Source: Phycisphaeraceae bacterium
Lineage (GTDB): Bacteria; Planctomycetota; Phycisphaerae; Phycisphaerales; Zrk34
DNA length: 43,654 nucleotides
Direction of reading: 5' to 3'
NCBI GenBank assembly: GCA_040905565.1
Contig: JBBDRF010000033.1
Coordinates: forward strand, 1 to 43,654
The stretch's first letter is position 1, and every line of letters begins with the position of its first letter. Position numbers and translations under genes: made by a program. The notes beneath the pieces were generated by a model. The model worked only from the letters and a program-made list of their open reading frames with translations. It made no database searches and was not told where the DNA came from. This document shows, piece by piece, positions 1-7,810 of the stretch.

Positions 1-272
1 CTGAGCATGATGATGCCCATGATCATCGCCAGCGGCTGCACCCACATCAGGCTGTAGCCGGCGTACGCACCGAGCAGCAGACTGCCCGCGAGCGACCCGC
101 CGCCGAGCGTGATGGCTGCCTGGAGCCAGCCCGGGCCCGAAAGCTTCGTGAACGCGCCGAGCATCGAGAACGGCCCCTTCGCGCGAGCGTTGCGGAGCAG
201 TTGCCGGTCGGCTTCGATTTTCGGATCGGCGTGCTTCGGCGTGGCCGGGGCGGTGGTGGTGGTCTGGCTCAT
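1..272 (-). CDS. NRAMP/MntH-like divalent metal cation transporter, N-terminal part (runs off the left edge of the window)
   Basis: Not in the ORF track. Manual translation from the ATG at 272: MSQTTTTAPATPKHADPKIEADRQLLRNARAKGPFSMLGAFTKLSGPGWLQAAITLGGGSLAGSLLLGAYAGYSLMWVQPLAMIMGIIML. The GPG...G.GS...G...GYSLMWV pattern matches TM1-TM2 of NRAMP-family transporters. Confidence 0.75.
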   Translation of the reverse strand, partial: MSQTTTTAPATPKHADPKIEADRQLLRNARAKGPFSMLGAFTKLSGPGWLQAAITLGGGSLAGSLLLGAYAGYSLMWVQPLAMIMGIIML

Positions 273-505
273 AAAGGAGGGCCTCAGCGGGGTTCGAGGG
301 ACGGACACCGGGTGGGCAAAATCACGTGCCTGCTCGCAAAAGAACAGGCTGAAGTGTCCCGGATTCGCTCAGTTTGTTCAAGCCTCTAACTCGGCACCGC
401 GATCGCGGCGGTTCCAATGGACACTATAACACTGCCTCGCTGATCACGTAACATCATCGTGCAAAATTGCTCGGTGTTCGCTGAACTTCTCTCGTGCGGG
501 AGGGG

Positions 506-1372
506 CTAGCCGAGGCCGAGGCGTGATGGGAACTCCAGCCGGCCGACGGCGTTGTGAGGGCTGGCTCCGAAGAGGTCACCTGCGTGAGGGACGTCGGTGC
601 GTTCTTCGCCTTCGCCCAACGCGGTCGTGATGAACAGTTGCGTGAGGTCCGGGCCGCCGAATGCCATGGAGGTGACGTTGGGGACTTCGACATTGATGCG
701 ATCGACGAGATTGCCCGCGGGGTCATAGCGTTCGACGCAGCCGCCGCCCCAGATGCCGACCCACAGATGGTCTTCGGCGTCGACGATCAGGCCGTCGGGC
801 CTGGCGGGGGCGGCGATCTCAATCAACTCCATCTGCCCGTGGAGCGTGCCGGTGCGTTCGTTGTAGTTGTGCTGCCAGACGGTGCCGGTGCCGGTTTCCA
901 CCTGGTAGAGCAGCCGCATGTCTTCGCTGAAAGCCATGCCGTTGGGCTGGTGAACCGAGTCGAGCAGCAGGTGCTGTGAGCCGTCGGGATCGAAGCGATA
1001 CAAGCTGCCCGGTCGATCGGCGGTCGGCATGGTACCGGCGAATACCCGCCCGGCGGGGTCGGCGACGACATCGTTGAAGCGTGTGTCGCGTTCCCGGGCG
1101 ATCTCTTTGATCAGCGTCCGCGTGACCCGTCCGTCCTCGTAAACATCCACCCGACCACGATCACGAAACAGCAGCAGCGAGCCGTCGACCTGAATTGTGA
1201 TGGCCGCGATCGGTCGCCCTTCAAGGACGCACCGGCATGACTGGTCCGCCGGGTCGTACCGGTACAGCCGACCGTGCGGGATATCGGTGAAGTAGAGCAC
1301 GTGCTCCTGCGGATGCCAGATCGGCCCCTCCCCCACCACGCAATCGGTCTCGGCCATCAACTCCGCTTGCAT
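506..1372 (-). CDS. SMP-30/gluconolactonase/LRE family protein (sugar lactone lactonase)
   Basis: Motifs GEGPIWHP, RFNDVVADPAGR, PNGMAFS, PDGLIVDAEDHLWV and TSMAFGGPDL. Start moved to ATG 1372 (MQAELMAE, GGGGAGGG upstream), because the ORF-track extension to 1480 runs through a REP-like repeat. Confidence 0.9.
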   Translation of the reverse strand: MQAELMAETDCVVGEGPIWHPQEHVLYFTDIPHGRLYRYDPADQSCRCVLEGRPIAAITIQVDGSLLLFRDRGRVDVYEDGRVTRTLIKEIARERDTRFNDVVADPAGRVFAGTMPTADRPGSLYRFDPDGSQHLLLDSVHQPNGMAFSEDMRLLYQVETGTGTVWQHNYNERTGTLHGQMELIEIAAPARPDGLIVDAEDHLWVGIWGGGCVERYDPAGNLVDRINVEVPNVTSMAFGGPDLTQLFITTALGEGEERTDVPHAGDLFGASPHNAVGRLEFPSRLGLG

Positions 1373-1396
1373 TACGCCCTCCCCTGCGTAGAACCC

Positions 1397-1458
1397 CAAG
1401 AGCCGGGTTATCCCCAACCCGGTTACCGCCGCCGACCGGCCTGGGGACAGGCCGGCTC
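1397..1458. repeat. Inverted pair of REP-like palindromes, family B (GAGCCGGNNT(G/A)TCCCCANNCCGGT)
   Basis: 1397-1423 caagagccgggttatccccaacccggt and inverted 1435-1458 accggcctggggacaggccggctc. The same unit recurs at 16128-16208 and 43568-43592. Confidence 0.8.
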
Positions 1459-1557
1459 CTTCGCGACTGCTATGGATCATAGCCGTGTTTGCCGAGGCCT
1501 TTCCGGAACGATACGCTTAATCGGCTCCGCGTGAAATACTGTCATAAAGAGGAAGCC

Positions 1558-1944
1558 ATGCCACGTATACTCGCGATCATCGCTGCGATCGCAGCCGGTC
1601 TTGCGGTCTTCACCGGCGCTTTTGCGGCTCATGGGCTGGACGATCTGCCTGAGCATCAGATGGCGTGGTGGCAGACGGGGGCCCAGTACCACATGTATCA
1701 CGCGCTGGGGATATTCGCGGCGGCGTGGGTGGCTTCGCAGTTCGCGCCGCGTCTCGCTGCCGCGGCGGGGTGGCTTTTCCTGCTGGGCATCGTGCTGTTC
1801 TCCGGCAGCTTATATGTCATGGGCGTGAGTGAACGCCTCTTCGGCGAGGAGCAGCGCTGGCTGGGCGCGATCACGCCCCTCGGCGGCATCTCGTTCATGA
1901 TCGGCTGGCTCCTGCTCGCCATCGCCGCCGGCGTGCGCCGATAA
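1558..1944 (+). CDS. DUF423 (YgdD/TMEM256-like) small membrane protein
   Basis: GAFAAHGL, WQTGAQYHMYHAL, LFSGSLY and LGAITPLGG are DUF423 signature segments. ATG 1558 is preceded by AGAGGAAG. Confidence 0.9.
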   Translation: MPRILAIIAAIAAGLAVFTGAFAAHGLDDLPEHQMAWWQTGAQYHMYHALGIFAAAWVASQFAPRLAAAAGWLFLLGIVLFSGSLYVMGVSERLFGEEQRWLGAITPLGGISFMIGWLLLAIAAGVRR

Positions 1945-2001
1945 CGCGTTCCTCGCACACCGCCGCCACACGATTTGCCCGGATCATTTATGATGCGGCC
2001 G

Positions 2002-3486
2002 ATGGCTGACGAATCCACAACGAACGACGCCGCGCCCGCCGACGACGGCGAAGCAGGCGATGCCTTGGAGACGCCCGTCGACGAACTTCTCACGCCCGAC
2101 GCCGCCGACGCGCCCGATGAGCACGAAGGCCTCTGGGACGGGCTGCGCGAGGCCATGGCCATCGGCGATTCACGACCGGGCGAGGGCATCAGTGACGCAG
2201 CCCTGCCCTGGCTCGACGAAGTCGCCCCCGTCGACTGGGCGCAGACGCTCATCATGCTCGGCGTCGTGGTCCTCTCCGCCATTCTCGCCCATGCCTTTGC
2301 CCGCACCTATCTGCTCTGGATGGTGCGGACGATCGCGCGACGCGTGTTCCGCATCTGGGACCAGTTCCTCATCGAGCGTAACGTCTTTCGGCGCCTCGTC
2401 CCCATCTTTCCCGCGCTGGTGGTGCATGGCCTGATCCGCTTCGTGCCGCACGTGCCCGAAGAGTTGATCATCTTCGTTCAGCGGCTCGCCGTGGCCACCA
2501 TGGTCCTCGTCACCGCACGCGGACTCGGGGCGATGTACTCAGCCATCAACGATATCTACACGCGCTTCCCCGTCTCCGCAGGGCGGCCGATCAAAGGCTA
2601 TCTGCAGGTTGCGAAGATATTCACCTATGTCTTCGCCGTGATCCTGATGCTCGCCACGCTGATGGGCCAGCCGCTGGGCTACTTCCTCAGCGCGCTCGGT
2701 GCGATGACAGCCGTGATCATGCTCATCTTCCGCGACACGATTCTGTCGCTGGTTGCGGGCATGCAGCTGGTGAACAACGACCTCGTCCGTGTGGGCGACT
2801 GGATCACGATGAGCCAGTTCGATGCCGACGGCGACGTCGTCGATATCTCGCTGAACGTGGTGAAGGTGCGCAACTTTGATCGCACCGTAACGGTCATCCC
2901 CACCCACATGTTCCTCGAACATTCGTTCACTAACTGGCGATCGATGTTCGAAGACGGCGGCCGCCGCATTCGGCGATCGATCAACATCGACATGACCACC
3001 ATCCGGTTCCTCGCTGACGATGAGATCGAACGCTTCAGCCGGTTCGTGCTGCTACGCGACTACATCGGCGGCAAGATCAAGGAACTTCAGGCTTATAACG
3101 CTGAGCACTGTCCTGAAGATGCCTCGGACATCCTCGCGAACGCGCGCCATCTGACGAACATCGGCACCTTCCGCGCCTACATCAGCGCTTACCTGCGCCA
3201 GCATCCGCAAATCCACGAAGAGATGACCTTCCTGATCCGCCAGCTCGAATCCTCGTCTCACGGCGTGCCGCTGGAGATCTACGTCTTCACGCGCGAAACA
3301 CGCTGGGCCTACTACGAAGGCATCCAGTCGGACATCTTCGACCACCTGCTCGCGATCATTCACGAGTTCGGCTTACGCGTTTACCAGGAAGCCAGCGGGT
3401 ACGACATGACCCACATCGGCGACCCCGCCACCGCCCCCATCACCCGCCCGAAGGTTCCGAGCAACGGCCACGGCGAGGACAACTAA
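2002..3486 (+). CDS. MscS-family mechanosensitive channel (YbdG-like)
   Basis: RPIKGYLQVAKI, LGAMTAVIMLIFRDTILSLVAG, GDWITM..ADGDVVDISL, FTNWRSM..GGRRIRRSINID, LTNIGTFRAY, YEGIQSDIFDH. Start uncertain (ATGs at 1990, 1993, 2002). Confidence 0.9.
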   Translation: MADESTTNDAAPADDGEAGDALETPVDELLTPDAADAPDEHEGLWDGLREAMAIGDSRPGEGISDAALPWLDEVAPVDWAQTLIMLGVVVLSAILAHAFARTYLLWMVRTIARRVFRIWDQFLIERNVFRRLVPIFPALVVHGLIRFVPHVPEELIIFVQRLAVATMVLVTARGLGAMYSAINDIYTRFPVSAGRPIKGYLQVAKIFTYVFAVILMLATLMGQPLGYFLSALGAMTAVIMLIFRDTILSLVAGMQLVNNDLVRVGDWITMSQFDADGDVVDISLNVVKVRNFDRTVTVIPTHMFLEHSFTNWRSMFEDGGRRIRRSINIDMTTIRFLADDEIERFSRFVLLRDYIGGKIKELQAYNAEHCPEDASDILANARHLTNIGTFRAYISAYLRQHPQIHEEMTFLIRQLESSSHGVPLEIYVFTRETRWAYYEGIQSDIFDHLLAIIHEFGLRVYQEASGYDMTHIGDPATAPITRPKVPSNGHGEDN

Positions 3487-3522
3487 AAACGTCTTCACGC
3501 CAAGGGCACGGTCGCACCGTCG

Positions 3523-3703
3523 ATACGAGCCGCGACCATGAGGGAGCGGTTATGTCTCGGGCTTTTGCCACCGGTCCCGTATCTGCAACTCGCCACGCCT
3601 GAGACGTAGAGAGTTGGGGGCCCGGTCCTAGAACGAAGCTGACTGACGCGAGGTACGCAATCACTCTACGCACAACCGCTCCCTCACGGTCGCGGCTCGT
3701 ATT
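3523..3703. repeat. REPIN-like element: inverted pair of family A REP-like palindromes around a ~115-bp structured spacer
   Basis: 3523-3554 atacgagccgcgaccatgagggagcggttatg and inverted 3669-3703 (reverse complement aatacgagccgcgaccgtgagggagcggttgtgcg). Lies between convergent genes. Confidence 0.8.
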
Positions 3704-3730
3704 CAACGTCTTAGGCGATGCCTGCGGACC

Positions 3731-4294
3731 TCACTCGGCCTCGCGCTCGATCGTGCCGAACATGTTGCCTTCCACCTCGCCGGCGGACCAGTAGCCGGCA
3801 TAGTGGTCGCGGTAGATCATCACCCTTGCCGTGTACCGGCCCATCCCGGGAATGGCGGCATTGGTCAACGTGATCACCGGCGTGTCGCCCGACCAGATCA
3901 CCACCAGCGGCACCGCCACGGTGGCGTCGCGCTCGCCGTACTGAATCCGCACGCGGAACAGGAACAGATTCTCCTGCAACTGCTCCACCGAACGGATCGT
4001 GTACCGCTCTTCCCGCAGGTCGCCATCGTTCTCCTGCCCGGTGACCGTGAACGACCCCACCAGCGTCGCACCACTCAAAGTCTCCACCAATGCCGCCCCA
4101 CCACCTTCCCCCCCACCCCCCCCACTTTTTGCGTCGGGGGTAGTGGCGTCTTTGGCAACTTGATCCGATGCAGCCTCGTCTGTGTCTTGTGCGTTTTTCT
4201 CTTCTGCTCCGACGCTGCCCAAGCCGAGTCCAAGCGCTGCGAGCACGACGGCCGCCATCGCCCACCAGCCGAAGTTTGCTTTGCGATTGATCAC
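3731..4294 (-). CDS. Hypothetical exported protein with signal peptide and beta-rich C-terminal domain
   Basis: GTG start with AGGAGG upstream. Basic N-terminus plus hydrophobic h-region (AMAAVVLAALGLGLGSVGA), an acidic/Gly linker, then a globular region (LSGATLVGSFTV..EERYTI..GDTPVITLT..IPGMGRYTARV). Confidence 0.75.
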   Translation of the reverse strand: MINRKANFGWWAMAAVVLAALGLGLGSVGAEEKNAQDTDEAASDQVAKDATTPDAKSGGGGGEGGGAALVETLSGATLVGSFTVTGQENDGDLREERYTIRSVEQLQENLFLFRVRIQYGERDATVAVPLVVIWSGDTPVITLTNAAIPGMGRYTARVMIYRDHYAGYWSAGEVEGNMFGTIEREAE

Positions 4295-4335
4295 GATGGT
4301 TACCTCCTGATGACGATGCGATGCGTTCGTGATGC

Positions 4336-5919
4336 TCAGTGGCTCGAAGCGGCACCGGGCAGCTTCGGCTCCTCTTCCTCAGCCCAGCGCCAGCCCGGCT
4401 CGGCTCGCAGGACGCGGAAGTTCAGAAGCATCGTGATCGTCGCCGCTGCGAGCAGGGCGGCACCGTTCATCTGGTGAGCGGTGGTGACAAGCACCCGCAT
4501 CATCGGCGGCGAAGTTTCGACCGTCGGCCAGACGCTCGTGACGACCAAGGCGGAAATCCCCAGCAAAACCTGCAACCCCACCAGCACCAGCAGCGTAATG
4601 CCCATCCGCTTCATCGCCACCTCGCGCTGGCCGTACAGCCCCCACGCTCGCACGCCCACCGCCACAGCAAGCACCGTCAGCAGTGCCGCGACGGCGATGT
4701 GGGTCATCGGGCCCATCGCCACATGTCGGACCATGGCGCCGAGGATCAACTGCCCGACCAGCGCCAGAATCAGGGCGACGCTGAGGCCCCGGTCCGTCGA
4801 AGGCGCCATCGCGCCGACGCTGCCCTGCGCCCGCTGCCAGACCTTCGAAGCGGCCAGCGCCAGGGCGACCATCAATGCGAAGAACAGCTGCGCGAATACC
4901 CCATGCCCCACGCGAAGCACCGTGCTGATGGCGGTTTCATGCTGCGCCCCGGCCACCTCCACGCCTTCACCTGTCAACGCCGACGAGACGCGATACCCGC
5001 CCATGACGCCCTGTGCGATAACGGCCACGACCGCCACCCCCGCGAGCCAGGGCCAGGGGTTGCGCCGCAGCGCGGGGATCGCCGGCGTCAGCAATGCCAT
5101 GACGGCCGTGCCGATCAGCCACATCAACGGCACCCAGTTCGACCAGCCCATGCTCATCAGCGCGCCCCAGCCCACGCCGAGCGCCAGCAAGATCGCGAAG
5201 ATGCCTGCTGCCCACGCCCACCAGCGTTTTGTCCAGACGATCCACAGGTGCAGCGCGAGCGCGATGGTCGTTAAGCCGACCAGTGCCCCGAGCAGGCGAT
5301 GGGTGTGTTCGTAGTAGATGTTGCCGGTCATCCGCGCCAGCGGATAGAAGAACATGTTGTAGCCGTAGGACTGGGGCCAGTCGGGCACGGCGAGCCCTCC
5401 CGCACGGCCCGTGACAAACCCGCCGGCTGCAAGCAGGAGCGCGGTCGCGGCGACGGCCACGATGGCGAACCAGCCTGTCCAGTTGATGCCGCGGCGGAAC
5501 TCTTCCTCCACCCGCCGTCGGCGCGTGCCGACCTCATTGGTCTGGATGTACCGCCCGCCGACCATTGCCGCGAGTGCCATGATGATGGCCGTGACCGCCA
5601 GCGTGCCGGGCACCCAGAGCAGGACCCATGAGGTCATCTGTTGTTCATCGCTGAGCGTGCCGCCGACGATCAGCAGGTTCAGCCCCGCGACCACAAAGCC
5701 CGCCATCATCCCGCCTCGCCAGCCTCTTGAGGTGAGTCTGCCCGCGAGGAAGCCGCCGATCAGCAGGCACACCAGCAGCCCTGCCGCCAGCACGGGCCCG
5801 CCCACTTCGACCTCTGGCTTCCGCATCAGGTAGCCGACCGTCCACATCGACACGGCCGTGCCGAACCCGATCGTCAGCACATCACCCGCACCGCTCGGTT
5901 TGCTGTCTTTGTCGTTCAT
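4336..5919 (-). CDS. ctaA: Heme A synthase, COX15/CtaA family, with extra N-terminal membrane domain
   Basis: GGFVT...GLAVPDWP, EHTHRLLG, VGHGVFAQ, MTHIAVA and TAHQMNG give the conserved Glu and four His residues of CtaA. Confidence 0.8.
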   Translation of the reverse strand: MNDKDSKPSGAGDVLTIGFGTAVSMWTVGYLMRKPEVEVGGPVLAAGLLVCLLIGGFLAGRLTSRGWRGGMMAGFVVAGLNLLIVGGTLSDEQQMTSWVLLWVPGTLAVTAIIMALAAMVGGRYIQTNEVGTRRRRVEEEFRRGINWTGWFAIVAVAATALLLAAGGFVTGRAGGLAVPDWPQSYGYNMFFYPLARMTGNIYYEHTHRLLGALVGLTTIALALHLWIVWTKRWWAWAAGIFAILLALGVGWGALMSMGWSNWVPLMWLIGTAVMALLTPAIPALRRNPWPWLAGVAVVAVIAQGVMGGYRVSSALTGEGVEVAGAQHETAISTVLRVGHGVFAQLFFALMVALALAASKVWQRAQGSVGAMAPSTDRGLSVALILALVGQLILGAMVRHVAMGPMTHIAVAALLTVLAVAVGVRAWGLYGQREVAMKRMGITLLVLVGLQVLLGISALVVTSVWPTVETSPPMMRVLVTTAHQMNGAALLAAATITMLLNFRVLRAEPGWRWAEEEEPKLPGAASSH

Positions 5920-6016
5920 AAGGTTTCGATTCTAGCTCTCACATCCGCAAAATACGCAGCCTGCCCACGCAAAAAAATGGACACCGCCTACAGGCCGTGC
6001 GTGAGGCGGCTATCCA

Positions 6017-7810
6017 CTACCGTTGGTCGCCCGCTTCCCGCAACTGCGTGTCGCGGCCCCCGCGCGCCTGCTGCGCCAACCGCTGAACACCACCATCACG
6101 CCCCGGTGCCATGATACCACGCCGCTCCAGCAGCGACCCCTCCAAACGATAAAGTTCTACCAATGCCTGCCGATATCGCACCACGGCGGCCACCGCTTCA
6201 AGCTGACTCTCCAGCAGATCGCGCTGCGCCTGCGCCACCAACAGCGTGGTGCTTTTGCCGACGCGGAACTTCTGCGTCTCCGCCTCAAGCGTCTGCTCCT
6301 GAAGCTCGCTGGTGAGCTGGGTCGCCCGAATCTGCCGCCGCGCCCGCCGCACCTCCACCAAGGCCGTGCGGACATCGAGCTCCACCAGTTGCGAAAGGTT
6401 GTTCACCGCTTGGGCCGACTGATGCCGACTCAGCTGAGCGCGCTGCTGATCCGCCCGAGCGGCGCGATTGCCCAGTGGATACTCACCGACGATGCCTGCG
6501 GAGAAGTCGTAGCCCGGGCCGTCGATCGATTCGACCGCGCCGCCGAAGGCGTCGGAGAACCCGGTCTTGCCCAGCGTCACGAAGAAGTCCAGCCTCGGCA
6601 GCAGCCCGCTGCGTGTCTGCACGACCTCCAGCCGATTGCGTTCGACCAGCAGCCGGGCCTCGTTGAGGTCGGGGCGAAGCTGGCGCGCGATGGCGAGGTG
6701 CGTTTCGATTTCGTCCAGGGCGACGGCCGCCATGTCCGGTGCATCAAGGATCTCGATCTCGCGCGACCATCCCTCTTCCGTAGCGTTGGGATTGATCAGC
6801 CGCAGCAGCCGAAGCTGAAGCGTTTCGACGTTACTCTGCGCATCGATCAGCGCCTGCTCCCGCCTGGCCACCTCCGACTCCGCCGCCGCCTGTTCGGTCT
6901 CCGCAAGCACGCCGACCGCCACCCGCTGCTCCGTCTCCCGCTGCTGCTGCCGGGCGAGTTCGAGCGCGTTTTCGACGATTTCGATGTCGCGCCGCGCCAG
7001 CGTGTACTCCCAGTAGGTCGTCTCGACCTCCGCAATCAGCGACTCAGCGAACCCGCGTAGCTGAAACTCCGAAGCCTGCGTATCCAGCCTCGCCTGCCGA
7101 ATGCGCGCCAGGTTGGTTTGTGTGCCGAAGCCGCGGAGCAGCGCCTGCGTCACGGTGAACCCAGCCCGCACCGTATGCTGCTCGGGCGTGCGGTCGGAAT
7201 CAGTTTGCCGCTGCGTCAGCGTGCCCTCGATCGTGGTGCCGGTGGGCAGGCGCTGCAGCAGCCCGATCTCGCTGAGCATGTCCTCGCCTTCGACGCTGAA
7301 CGCTTGGCCCGTCGCGCGTGAGACCGACTCGACCTGATCGCGCCCGATCTGAAGTTCACCGAACAGCACCGGATCGAACACCGCCCGTTCAAGCTCCACG
7401 AACGTCCCCGCGATCAACGGCTCAAACTGCTGCACGCTCAGCTCACGATTGTTCCGCAGCGCCAGCAGCACCGCCTGCTCCACCGATAGCGCCAGCGGGC
7501 CCTCGGCGAACACCGCTTCTTTCGCAGCCTCAGCCTCGGCCTGAACGGCCTCATCCGCCGGCTGAAAATCGCGTGGCAGCTTCTGCTCGTAATGCTCGAC
7601 GGGCCCGAGCCCCTCGCGCGTGACGACCTCATCGAAATCCCAAGGCTTCGGCTGCGCGCAACCAGCCACGCCGGCCGCCGAGAGGCCGCCGACGAGGACC
7701 GTGAGCATCACCGTACGCGCGTTATGCAGGCGAGGGTGTCTGCCCACCGGGGGGCGTGGAGGGGCCGCGATTGTCGGGTTCGTCGGGTGCATCGTCTGAG
7801 ATCTTCGCAT
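6017..7810 (-). CDS. TolC-family outer membrane efflux protein (probable lipoprotein)
   Basis: LSVEQAVLLALRNNREL, two OEP-like halves, ETQKFRVGKSTTLLVAQAQ, lipobox VAGC. Start uncertain (7810, 7792 or 7708); the first two overlap the RND gene end at 7722. Confidence 0.85.
   Translation of the reverse strand: MRRSQTMHPTNPTIAAPPRPPVGRHPRLHNARTVMLTVLVGGLSAAGVAGCAQPKPWDFDEVVTREGLGPVEHYEQKLPRDFQPADEAVQAEAEAAKEAVFAEGPLALSVEQAVLLALRNNRELSVQQFEPLIAGTFVELERAVFDPVLFGELQIGRDQVESVSRATGQAFSVEGEDMLSEIGLLQRLPTGTTIEGTLTQRQTDSDRTPEQHTVRAGFTVTQALLRGFGTQTNLARIRQARLDTQASEFQLRGFAESLIAEVETTYWEYTLARRDIEIVENALELARQQQRETEQRVAVGVLAETEQAAAESEVARREQALIDAQSNVETLQLRLLRLINPNATEEGWSREIEILDAPDMAAVALDEIETHLAIARQLRPDLNEARLLVERNRLEVVQTRSGLLPRLDFFVTLGKTGFSDAFGGAVESIDGPGYDFSAGIVGEYPLGNRAARADQQRAQLSRHQSAQAVNNLSQLVELDVRTALVEVRRARRQIRATQLTSELQEQTLEAETQKFRVGKSTTLLVAQAQRDLLESQLEAVAAVVRYRQALVELYRLEGSLLERRGIMAPGRDGGVQRLAQQARGGRDTQLREAGDQR

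Noticed and set aside
109..429. 106-aa plus-strand ORF at the window start
   Set aside because: Overlaps the minus-strand NRAMP-like gene, which has family motifs. This ORF has none.
7708..7810. Apparent 70-90 bp overlap between the RND and TolC genes
   Set aside because: Most simply a start-codon ambiguity: ATG 7708 removes the overlap and keeps the lipobox. Cannot be resolved from sequence alone.
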